In this document: in pieces, positions 38,521-50,140 of the stretch
Numbering within the stretch: position 1 is the stretch's first letter
Layout of the letters: the number at the start of each line of letters is the position of its first letter
Assembly (NCBI RefSeq): GCF_001194135.2
Contig: NC_068992.1
Span: 8,684,361 to 8,748,360 of the forward strand
Source: Octopus bimaculoides
Lineage: Eukaryota
Length of the DNA: 64,000 bases
Direction: 5' to 3'
Made by a program: the position numbers and the translations under genes
The notes under the pieces: model-generated
The model's database searches: none
Told to the model about the DNA's origin: nothing
Seen by the model: the letters and a program-made list of their open reading frames with translations, nothing else

Positions 38521-39500
38521 ACATAAACTCACACAGACAAACAACCGCTAAGCATTTCGCCCGGCGCGCTAACGTTTTTATCAGCTCTCCGCCTTAATTC
38601 AATGATAAATNNNNNNNNNNNNNNNNNNNNNNNNNNNNNNNNNNNNNNNNNNNNNNNNNNNNNNNNNNNNNNNNNNNNNNNNNNNNNNNNNNNNNNNNNN
38701 NNNNNNNNNNNNNNNNNNNNNNNNNNNNNNNNNNNNNNNNNNNNNNNNNNNNNNNNNNNNNNNNNNNNNNNNNNNNNNNNNNNNNNNNNNNNNNNNNNNN
38801 NNNNNNNNNNNNNNNNNNNNNNNNNNNNNNNNNNNNNNNNNNNNNNNNNNNNNNNNNNNNNNNNNNNNNNNNNNNNNNNNNNNNNNNNNNNNNNNNNNNN
38901 NNNNNNNNNNNNNNNNNNNNNNNNNNNNNNNNNNNAGACTTTTTCCCCCTCAGATATATATTTTAACCATCTGAGATTTTGATTCTGCAAAATTATGTAT
39001 AATATAAATCTGAAAAGTTTCTGACATAAATGTCAAAAGTGAACATTTATGGAAAGGCGCGCGGGGAGTGGGGGATTTTTCGCCACGCTTCTTTTTGCAA
39101 TTTAGGGTGCTTAAAACTTACGGTCTGACGAAATTACACTTTTTGTTCTACTAGATACGTTAATTTCCGGAATAGGATTGTCAGAGATAACGCAACTGGA
39201 TGCATATCGGCCCTAGATATGCAATGCATAAAAAAAAAAAAAAAAAAAAAATTACGACTGTAGCTACTTTAATTCTAGATCTGCTCGGTCAGGGTCAAGT
39301 AATCAATAAAAACAAATAAAATAACAAATAAACATCGTGTAGCCAGATAAACCTTATCTAAATCACTATTCAATTTATCGTCTATTCATAGCAAACAAAT
39401 AATTTTGAGAGAAAATCTTTTTGTGCCTGAAACGCAAGATAGATATTAGGGCACAAGCCGTTCTCCGTAAGCGAATTCACAGCGATTTGGTTTCAATTTC

Positions 39501-39584
39501 GGCACTACTTAAATACAGAGGTCCCGTATGGTTAGGGTTAGTTTTAGGGTTAGTTCTTAGGGACCTCTATATTTAAGGAGTATC
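39501..39584. mobile_element. 84-bp Merlin-like MITE with telomere-like loop
   Basis: 25-bp TIRs (GGCACTACTTAAATACAGAGGTCCC) match at 21/25; 8-bp flanks TCAATTTC and TCAGTTTC (7/8); loop GGTTAGGGTTAGTTTTAGGGTTAG. Confidence 0.6.
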
Positions 39585-40409
39585 TCAGTTTCTATTCGAA
39601 AATATTCCTATATTGGCCTTGAAGGTTAGAGGAACATAATATAAAGACCGATTTCGTTTATGTTTGCATTAAATTGCGAAACACCAAATAAAAAGCCCTA
39701 CTAACAGTTGTCGGATCAAGAGGGTGATGGATAAGGGGGACTTTAGAAACGAGGCTGCTTCATTTATACTAAAGAAATCGTGTCACAGAGCTGATTTGTG
39801 TCAACATGCAAGGTCTATTGGGAAAGCTCAAATTCCTTAGATGATTCCTGCGTGTATCCTTTGCCGAAGTACATAGGTGATGTATGTATATTGCGTAGAT
39901 ACTACTTCGTTGGAACACGTAGCTGATAATTTTTGCTGCAGCTCTTCGTGCCACCTGGACTGTTTCTTAAGTGTACAGAGAGAAAGAGAGATAGCCTTAA
40001 GCAAGCGGTGGGAGAGCGATGATTAAATTGATTCATTGATCCTACTTAAGCAAACCATTTACCACGAGGTATAGCATTCATCTCCATTAGCTTCCACAGT
40101 TTAAGTTTCGAAAATATAAGAGTTAATTTGGTGTAGTGATTTGTTACGTTCTAGTATCGATACACAAGCGTAGTATACCTTAAAAACGAGCAAGCTTGAA
40201 ATCTCATCGAATTACAAATAATTTCTTTCGACTGAATTATAACAAATGATCTTTTTTAAAAAAGATATATTATTGAACATAATGAAAACACCTTTGGTTT
40301 TGGGGGAAATAAATAAATACAACTTGGACATTGATTTGAAATTACTATTATTATTAATAATAATAATAATAGTAAAATTTACATAGATATTCAAAGCGGT
40401 AACCTTTGT

Positions 40410-40610
40410 TGACCTGACCTCTGTGTGTGTGTGTGTATTTGTATGTACTATTTCAGAATGTGTTTGTATTAAAGGTAAAAACCAAAAAATTGGTATTGTA
40501 GTTCAGGTAGTGACATTTCGTGACCTCCGTTGACCTCTTCTTCGGTTCGAGGCTAGATTTCCGGAAATGTACGTTGCAAATTGACGTGGACCAATGAGAG
40601 TCGGCCAACA
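40410..40610 (+). promoter_or_regulatory. PDIA3 proximal promoter with ER-stress and nuclear-receptor-like elements
   Basis: TGACGTGG at 40582-40589 (UPRE consensus), CCAAT-N9-CCAAC at 40591-40609 (ERSE-like), palindromic TTCCGGAA at ~40559-40566, TGACCT-N4-TGACCT at 40521-40536, TGACCTGACCT at 40410-40420; about 300-500 bp upstream of the ATG. Confidence 0.65.
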
Positions 40611-40908
40611 CAGCAGAGAGAAGTTACGGAGGAGCCATTGCTGCAACTCTCTCTCTCTCTACCTTTAAAGCACAGAGCTATTAATCAGCTGTACATTCCT
40701 ATGATAGTTGGCACTCGCCGGCTGTCTTTCTTTCTTTCCGTATAGAAAAATAAACAGCTCTTTATTACACATTACAAATTAACCTGCATTTCACTCAGCA
40801 AGTAAATCTTTTTCTACTTTCTTCCTCTTACCCTAATTTTTTCCCCTTCTCCTCTGCTCAACAAGATTACAACATATAATAATAATATATATCCATAGAC
40901 TCTCCACA

Positions 40909-43111
40909 ATGCTTCCTACAACATTATTTTCTCTGGTCGTGCTGTTGGTATTTGCAACCGGCGTGACTTTTGCAAGCGATGTCATAGACCTGAAAGACTC
41001 CAACTTCAAGAACAAAGTCGCTGACCATGATATCATTTTAGTGGAATTCTTCGCGCCATGGTAAGATATATCAAAATCCTTATATTTATCCTATTAAAGT
41101 TCGACCTTATAATTAATAACATTTAAAGCAGTTTTGGCTCATGTTTTATTCAAAAATTACAGCCACGTAAATATACAGTTAAAACCCATCAAATTGGAGG
41201 ATATTAAACGGACAGTTTTAAAGTCCTTGCGTTTCTTTTGCATTCTGAGTCCATTTATCGCCATGGTGACCCTTTTCAGTCTTCCAGGGTGGTTTATATC
41301 CCCGCCTCTAAGTACCAGTAAAATACTGGGGAAGTCCATGAAACTGTTTATAATTCTGGCCTTGCCTCTTACCTTTAAAATCTTTGTATTCATGTATATA
41401 TGTACAGTAAGACCTTCTGTAAATCTCTGTATTTCTCTTCTATATAAACCACCGCCCTCTCAAAATACTTTGTGATTTCTGATATATACCAGTGTATGGG
41501 ATATTAGGATGATTAATTTGGGGTGTTCGAATTTCCCATCCATATTTTTCATGTTTCGATACCCTGCTGGGAACTGTCAACTAGACTGAGGTAGCAATTT
41601 TTATTAATCATTTATCGATCTCATTAGTGACTTAAATGTATGTAACGCATGTGTGGTTGTTTCTTTTCCTGTATGTATATCCACCTAAGGTTATTAAAAT
41701 GTAAAACATTTATTTAGAAGTATTCTTTCGTTACGAAAGAGTACCTACTAAGCCAGTTTCGGCCAACAAGGGAGGGAGCTTGCCCGCCCATTGCATGATC
41801 GCTTAACTGGCTAGAAATAGCAGTCAGATTTCTTACAAGTATCACACCCGTTTTAAATAATGACGAATTCGTTAGATAATATAGTTTGTGATGTAGAAAA
41901 AAAAAAAGACAGGTGGTTATATTGAAATGCCTTTGATCTTGGGGAAAACTAGTAAAATTAAATGGATTACAATGGAATCTGTTCATTTGCTCGCATGTTA
42001 AGAAAATAGTAGCCAAAATCACGACCATTAAGTCTTTAAAAAAAAAAAAAAATGACATCTGATACTGTCTGAAAAAAGGCACTTGGTCACGGCTGGAACG
42101 TCTGTTTTATCAGGGCAACAAGTTATTTAGAGCTTTCAAATGAATGCGGTTTGAAAAGATTTTTTGATGTTTCTAACGTTTAAAAGCCGCCCATTTAATC
42201 TTGACTAATTTCTAAAGAAAATGTGTTAGCTCCATTATTTCTGCAGAAATTGGGCGACTAAAACATGTCATTTAAATTATTAAATTTTGAAAAATCAAAT
42301 AATTTTCTTGTATTTTGTTAATTTTTTTTTTATCTTGAGCAAGCAAATCTCTTTATGTAAAGCAGTGAACCGGCCCTAATTTAAAATTGGGATCAATTTT
42401 AGAATTGTGGCAGTTTTTTTTCCTACGTTAGCCCACATGGAGGAGACCTATTGTTAAAACGCGTTTCAGCTTTGAATAATCCTTTTTCTATCTTTCAGAG
42501 TGTGATTTGAGGGAGTTGACTACTGTTTCTTATCAGGTTGTCACGTATTAGATGATATGAAATATTAGTAATGACTAAATTGGTTTGGAGGTGTGTATGT
42601 GTTGTGATACTTGGCTTCAGAAGAATTTTAACTGGGGATTCAAAGTTTTTTTCTTTTCGGGGACTAACTTTCTCACCTGTATATGCTGGTTTTCAATTCC
42701 TACATTTTCTGCGATTTCAAATCCCCGTTGTTAATTCTATGTATACTCCTTGCACACTGCTTATAGATAATACTTGTGTGTGTGTGTGTGTATATTTTAA
42801 AAATTTGTTTACGGGAAATCTTTTGAATATGCAGATAAAGCATATCACGCCGGCTACAAGTAATAATGCTGGCTGGTGAACCAGCTTTTTGGGACTGTGC
42901 CGATATAATGTAGGATATAGTAGTAATAACAATACTTTATCTCTTTATTACCCACTAGGGGACAATACATCTGATTGGGGTCAGATAAAACGTATGGGGT
43001 TACAAAAATATGACACAATTAAAAATATAATAAAATCGAAAATCGAATGTTTACAACAAACAACAAATACTTCTTGGATGGAATTTATAAATATTTTAAT
43101 GCAACGCTATG

Positions 43112-43209
<98 letters not shown>

Positions 43210-46200
43210 GTATGTATATATATATGTATGTATGTGTCTATGTATGTATTACAACAAAATTTTATGTCTTGGGCATTAGTTACCCAAGGTTTCGCATCCA
43301 CATTCTTTTGAGTGCTTCTTTCTGATATGTTTTTAACTAATATATATTTTCTATGTTCGCATGGTACGGACACACCTTACAAGAAATATTTCCACCTGTG
43401 CTTTAGGTACTTTTAAATCCGTGGAAATTATATAGCTCTCAATCTTCCTAAATTCACTGCAACCACTTGTAAATCGATTGACCAACGGTGTTAGTTTTTT
43501 TTTTTTTTTTTAAACCCAATCTTTAAAAATGCCTAAGAGTTACTCAGCTTAGTTCATCAGACGAGTAACGGCCAAATGTAAAATGCAGCAGAAAATTATT
43601 CACAATGAATCGTAATTTTATGAAATTTACGGCAGATTGTGAGATTATAGAATGTAAATAAGAAATTTGTGAGACTGGTAAATAGGAGTGTAAAATATAT
43701 AAAGAATATTTGGTAAAGATTGAAACGGATATCGAAATGACAATCCAAGAAGTTACAACCTTATGTTTTTACTTCTGCTAACGGATTTTATAGATTCCTG
43801 GTTATGATACTTCTGCAGGTTTTCTTTGAATTATTATTTAGTCATCTTTGGTGGAGCAGACCTAAGATCTCTGCTGTGACTTTTTTTCTTTCAGATATTA
43901 CATTAGCAAATGTAGTTTAAAAAAATTTTTTTAAGACGTGATTTCAGGGAAATTCTGTGATTGGTATGGCAGCATTATAGTCAACGGTTATAAGGGTAAA
44001 ATATGTCTTAGAAGTAATCAGAGGTATTAAATTGCTGGACCAGGTAATGAAAGTTTAGTTGTAGTGCAAATAATAAGGGAAAAGTTAAATAAAATGAGAT
44101 GCAGTTTGGGTTAATATTTTAGCTCAAAGTAAACAGCTGTATTTGACTTCTGACCTGGAGAATTCCTTCAAGAATCCTCTGCTTCTTGATTTGTTGGTTG
44201 CTGGTGAGTGTCCTTCAAGTTGTGTGCAGAAGTGATCTCCTTAGGGTGAGAGTAATGAGGGCAATGAATTTTGTGTGCAGGGGTGCTGTCCTTAGGGTGA
44301 GAGTAATTGAGTACAATGTATTTTGTGAGCAGGTATTTCACTAGGTTCAGCTGTCAGTCCCTTCCTATTTATCACAGTCCTCCTAACCATAACTGAGTTT
44401 AAGATTGGTTGCCTGTTGGAACTCCTCCATGCAGGTATGGCAGCAGAACCTGGAATCAAAGGGCCTTAAAAATGGAATCACAAGAAGTGTCACTTGGAAA
44501 GTTGGCTTTGTCTGTAGCAGATGTACAGGAGAAATAAGCACTAAAAACACATAAGAAATAGAATCACTTGTCATCCATCCTGCATTCCTTATCACTTTAT
44601 TTTCCACTGAATGGCCCTTTTCCCTGAAACTATCTATCTGCTAATATCCCACTCTCTGTCCTTGTGTGCTCCTCTCTTTATACTTGACTATCAAATCCCT
44701 ATTTTCCAGCTTTCTGTGGTTTTATTATACTATTGGTATCCATCTTAGTCTACCATATGTCTTTCTATCTATCATCTCCTTCCCTGTTTACCATTTACTA
44801 CATTCACCTCTGTTCCCAATTCTAACCATGTTATTCTTCTTTCACACTCTTGTGAACCTACCTGTTCAACCATCCTTAATTCACTGTCCCCTATTTTCTT
44901 TTTATCCATCCTGTACTTCTCATTCCTGCCATCCTTCTCTCTTTCTAGCTGGAATAGCCATACACCTATTCTACAGCAAGACACCTGTTCTTGTCCTATC
45001 ATATTTTAGCTTTTCATCACCTAGAACAAAACCACTTCCCTCAATACTGCACTTCCACCTAGGTGAAGGGTCTTGTCTTGCAAGTTTTGGTAACCTCACA
45101 AAAATAGTTCTCAATATACTCTGTAAAGTAGCTGACATTAGGAATGGTGTCCAGTTGTAGAAGGCATGTCAAAAGCTGATATTGGCACTCAACTCAGTCC
45201 CTGGACTCTTTAAATCTTGCCAATCCATCCAACCTGTGCTAACATGGAATGTAGATGTTAAATAATAGTCATTTTGTTGACAGTACTAAATGATAATTTG
45301 TCTACTTCAGAAGTGCATTGTTCTGTATTTTAATGCTTATTCTTACCCAATTAACCCTATATGTTGCTCTAGGACAGTGGTTCTCAAATTTTTGCTGTTC
45401 AGTGCCTTTTACTGAGTAGCATTTTGCAATTTCCTTTCTCCATGTTTGCCCCCCCCCCCCCAAAGCTTATGATGCTTATTTTGTTACACTAAGCTATTCG
45501 TGGGCAAACTGCAGCCTGTAGGACTTTCTGAATGACTTACTTAATGAAAAATTACTTTAAACGTTTTCATTAGTGCTGCTTGCCTGATACTGAGCCATGT
45601 GTCATGTGGTTTGCTTCAGAAAAGTTGCCCATGTCTACAACACCATTCAGCATGTTCCTCCTTTGAGATGTTTGTTCCGAGGGGAAGTTTTTGTGGAAAA
45701 TAAGTTGGCAAGGACTTGTAGGATATTGTATTGGATCTTGGCACTTAATCAGTCATTATTTCTATTTGCTGATAAGTGTTCTCTTCATATTCTAACCCCA
45801 ACAAATATTTTCTGGAAGATATGTTTAAAAAATAAGTATTGTAATTTGTTTAAATATTTTATTCTTGAGACAAAAGTCATGACACCTAGACAATTAAGTG
45901 CTCTCTTCCATCTCCTTGTGAGCTCTCAATGCTCCCAAAATTGCACTACTACTTTAAAAACCACATTCTACTTATTTTATCAATGTTTATTTATAGAATG
46001 GCTGTCAACTTTAAGTACATCAACACTCATGCACATGACTGTGCATACACAGTTGTTTTGCAGCATCTTTTTGGTCAGATGACCGTTCCATTTATATGTA
46101 AGATATTTCCATTCCATACTGTACATCAGTCCATCCAAGGGTGGTTCTCGTAGCAGATCTGATTTTCTGTGAGAAGAGGTTGTTAGCTTCTGGCACAACT

Positions 46201-49200
46201 CTTCAGTTTTTGGAGAAAAGAACTCTGAGTGCCCCCCCCCCATGACCTTGCTCATATTGCAACATAGTTGATTCTGAGAAAGAATTCACTCCAGTGCCTA
46301 ACTGGTATTGCATTTATTGACCCTATTCCCCTAGAAGGGTGAAAAGCAAGGTTAATTTGGACTCTGTGCAGTCAGCTGGAACTGCATCGTTAAATCATAT
46401 GCTCTAATTCTGGCAGTGTGTGTGTGTGTGTGTGTGTGAAATGAGTTTACTATTGAGTAAAGATGGGGTTTGTCTTGATGTGTTTTGAGATTTTTGGTCT
46501 TCACTGCTGTACAAACATGCATGCAAAAGCAATGTCTTAGGGTTGGAGAGAAGAGGACCCAAAAACTTTAAATAAACTGAAAACAATAATTTTTACTGGC
46601 TTGAAACTGGTGGCCACTTAACATAAGTATTGTATCTCTCAGCATTGAGGATACTTTTTGAAGACCTACAGGTATTTTGAATTAAAAATGTTAAAAGATA
46701 AACCAAAATCAAGGTTTCTCCATACTTGGATGTTTTCTGTTTCATAGTGAACAACATATGGATCCTGTTAATCAACTTACAGTCTGCATTTTGTCTATGT
46801 ATAGACATGAATAGAGATAAACCTCCTCTGGAGTTAGAACTGGTTAATGAAGATCATTAACCTTCATTGTAAGGTTATGGACCTACTTCAACAGAGAAAC
46901 TTAGGACAGGACTGTTTATTAGGTGTATGAAAGTTTGTTTCTAGAAGCACAAGTTTTGTTGCATGTTTTCATAATTGGTTTTAAATTGGTGGGAATTTCT
47001 TTGGAGATCCTCAGATCATCTTCATGTAACATATGTTTAGTTCTAGCAAAGTATGCGATTTATTTTTAATGGATAAAGCTCATGGTCTTTTGGTATTTCA
47101 GTAGGATGGATTTTACATTGTTAGTTGGAAAATGGGCATTATATACATCTATTGAATCTTCTGAGATATTTGGAGTTTTCCATTGTTGTTTAACCCCAGG
47201 CTAACTTTGTCAATGTCGACCTATGATTAAAGATTTTTTTCCAATTGTGACCATATCTTTTTGTAATAACAAGAACAATCAAGATAAGAGGGTATTTTAA
47301 TTGCCATTTCTGGCTGGCTGAACAATTATGTAGAGGCACTCACAGTGACTGTTGTCGTCGTCTACTTACCATCCTGTTGGTGCTTACTGGAGCAGAATGG
47401 GCAGTCTCTTTTATAGTATTGCTCAGAAGATAGAAAACTTGTCTGAGTTTCGTTTGCATCCTTGTAAGAAGGCAAATTGAGTAATTTGTTGGGGATTGGG
47501 GCAACTTAATGTTTTCTGTATCTAAATTACTGGATTCATGTTTAACTGGAAAAGGTTAACTAAATCACCTTTTTCTTTCTTTTTTTTTGTAAGGTGTGGA
47601 CATTGCAAAAGGTTGGCTCCTGAATATGATAAAGCAGCATCAGCATTAAAACATAACGATCCACCAGTGCCATTAGCTAAAGTAAGTTTCTTGTTAGTTT
47701 AACTCTTTTCATATTTGTTCACCGAGACAGCCTTAGTTCTTTGATATAAAACTGCGTTTATTATACAAAAATTCGTTGTAAAAATGGTTCATACTTAGCC
47801 CTTTAGCATTTAAACCAGCCATATCTGGCCCAAATATTCTATCTTGTTCTATGTTTAAACTGGCCAGATCTGACTTCTCACACCTATCCTACAATGTCAT
47901 TCTCAATATATACAACCATGTCATTGAAATTTCAAAGCTACAAGCTAATGCATGGTTAATTCAAAACAATGAATGAAAAAGCATTTCATTTGACATAGTA
48001 ATCTGGATGCTAAAGGGTTAATTTAAAACCTATCAATTTTTTGGAAGACTTTTAAGTTACATTCTAAACATGACGCTTATTTTGCTAAATCCCATAAGAT
48101 TCTTAATTTCAAAATAAATTAGGATACCTAATTAGAAGTATGACCATGAAATGGTTATTACTTACCTGAAAACTTAGCAAATCCTTTCTGGTAAATCCAT
48201 TTATTTTTCAACGAGGATTGCTCTGACTTTTTCTATCTTAATCCAATTTAACATTTAGTATAAACCATAACATGAACAAACATTCAAAGGAAAATAAAGA
48301 ATAAAATTTAGTAGTTGAATATGTGCTTTAATTATATCATTTGTCTAGGTTGATTGTACTGCTGAGACAAACACCTGCCAGGAGTATGGGGTATCAGGGT
48401 ACCCTACTTTAAAAATTTTCCGGAAAGGAGAATTTTCTGAAGAGTATAATGGACCTCGAGAAGCAGGTAAATGTTATTTTTAATCCTTTAGCATTTAAGC
48501 TGGCCATATCTGACCCAAATATTCTACCTGTTTTAGGTTCAAACTGGCCAGAGCCAGTCTCTCACACCTGCCTTACAATGTCATTCTAAAAATAAATCAT
48601 ATCATCAGAATCTTGAGGCTACGAGATAATGCACGATTAACTAAAAAAAAAAAAAAACAATTTGAATATTACATTTGACAAATTAATTTGAAGGCTAAAA
48701 GGTTAAATCATTTTGCAGCTAGGTTTCTCCACTACTAGCATTTACTGAATAAAGGGTTCTTGTATTTTTGATTGCACTGTAGCTTAATTTTTCTATCTAC
48801 TTTTGAACGAAGAATGTTTTCCTGCTTCTCACAATCTGCCTGACTCACAGATTCCAATCGATCTTGATAGTTATTTTGACCACTGTGCTCAATATACTTT
48901 CATGGTTAGAGTGGAAATTTTCTTAATCTCTTTGCTTTCTCATGCCAAATTGGCCTTAAGCCAAAAGATCGGTGATCTAAGATCTTCCATTCTATTTTTC
49001 ATGTTTAGTGTATTAATGATTGTTACCCAGTGTGTTCCTTACTTTTTATGGTGTGGTTTGAGTGAGATATGACTGCTATTTCTAGTGACTCTGTGGCATA
49101 TACCATTGTCAGGTCAATATCTTAAGATTTTCAAACACCTGAACATTTGAAGTTTTCAAATGACTTCCCATCTAGCTGTACATGAATAAGAGTATAGCAT

Positions 49201-50084
49201 GTTTGCTTCATTATTATTGAAAGCATTTTTTTTTGTTTGGTATGCAATGAATTCTTTTCAAAGGAACTCCAGGTTAGCCCCTTAAATAGTCATATGATCA
49301 AAAATATTCCAGTTTTGTCTATTTTGTCATTTTGTTTTGCTGTATCCAGGTTTACATTTTTCAGTGTGTAATTTTTAAGATAGCAATTTGAAGATTTGAC
49401 TGGTCATTCTAGCAGGAGTAAAAGAGTAAATTGCAAATGTAGGAGAATACATTTGTGTTTTACAACTTCATCATCATTCAATGTCTGCTTTCCATGCTGG
49501 ACGATCTTGAAGCTTATTCTAGATTTTGTTTTTAAAAGTTACAATCATTATGGATGATGATTTTTATAATGTTGACTGATAAATTTTCTGTATTGTGTAC
49601 CTTTTGTTACAGATGGTATTGTAAAGTATATGAAGTCCAAAGCAGGTCCTTCTTCTAAGACCTTACTCACTACCGAAGATGCCAAAAAATTTACATCTTC
49701 TCAAGATTTTGCAGTAATTGGTAAGGAAGTCCTTTACATTTGCACTGTATTTTAGATTTTTGACTTTATTAATATAGTTGCACCAATGATGTTTCCTTAC
49801 TCATTTGATTTTACAAATTATGATATTAATTAGTCCTGAGGTGTAACTTGAATTCTGTTAGTAATTGTTTGTTTCTAAAAAAATTTCAGATTCTGTTTTG
49901 TTGAATAAGTTTAATATTTTCATGAACTTTCGGTGCAGGCTTGGCTGTGTAAAAAGCTTACTTCCCAAATATGTGGTCTTAAGTTTAGTCCCACTGCATG
50001 ACCTCTAAGCAAGTGTCTTTTACTATAGCCTTTGTCTGACCAAAGCCTTCTGAGTGGATTTGGTGGATGGAAACTGAAAGAAAC

Positions 50085-50140
<56 letters not shown>

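Noticed and set aside
42889-43373. IYIY-rich ORFs
   Set aside because: Translation of a (TA)n microsatellite.
44666-45160. 164-aa Leu/Ser/Phe-rich ORF (similar at 16474-17163)
   Set aside because: Low-complexity CT-rich LINE 3' UTR.
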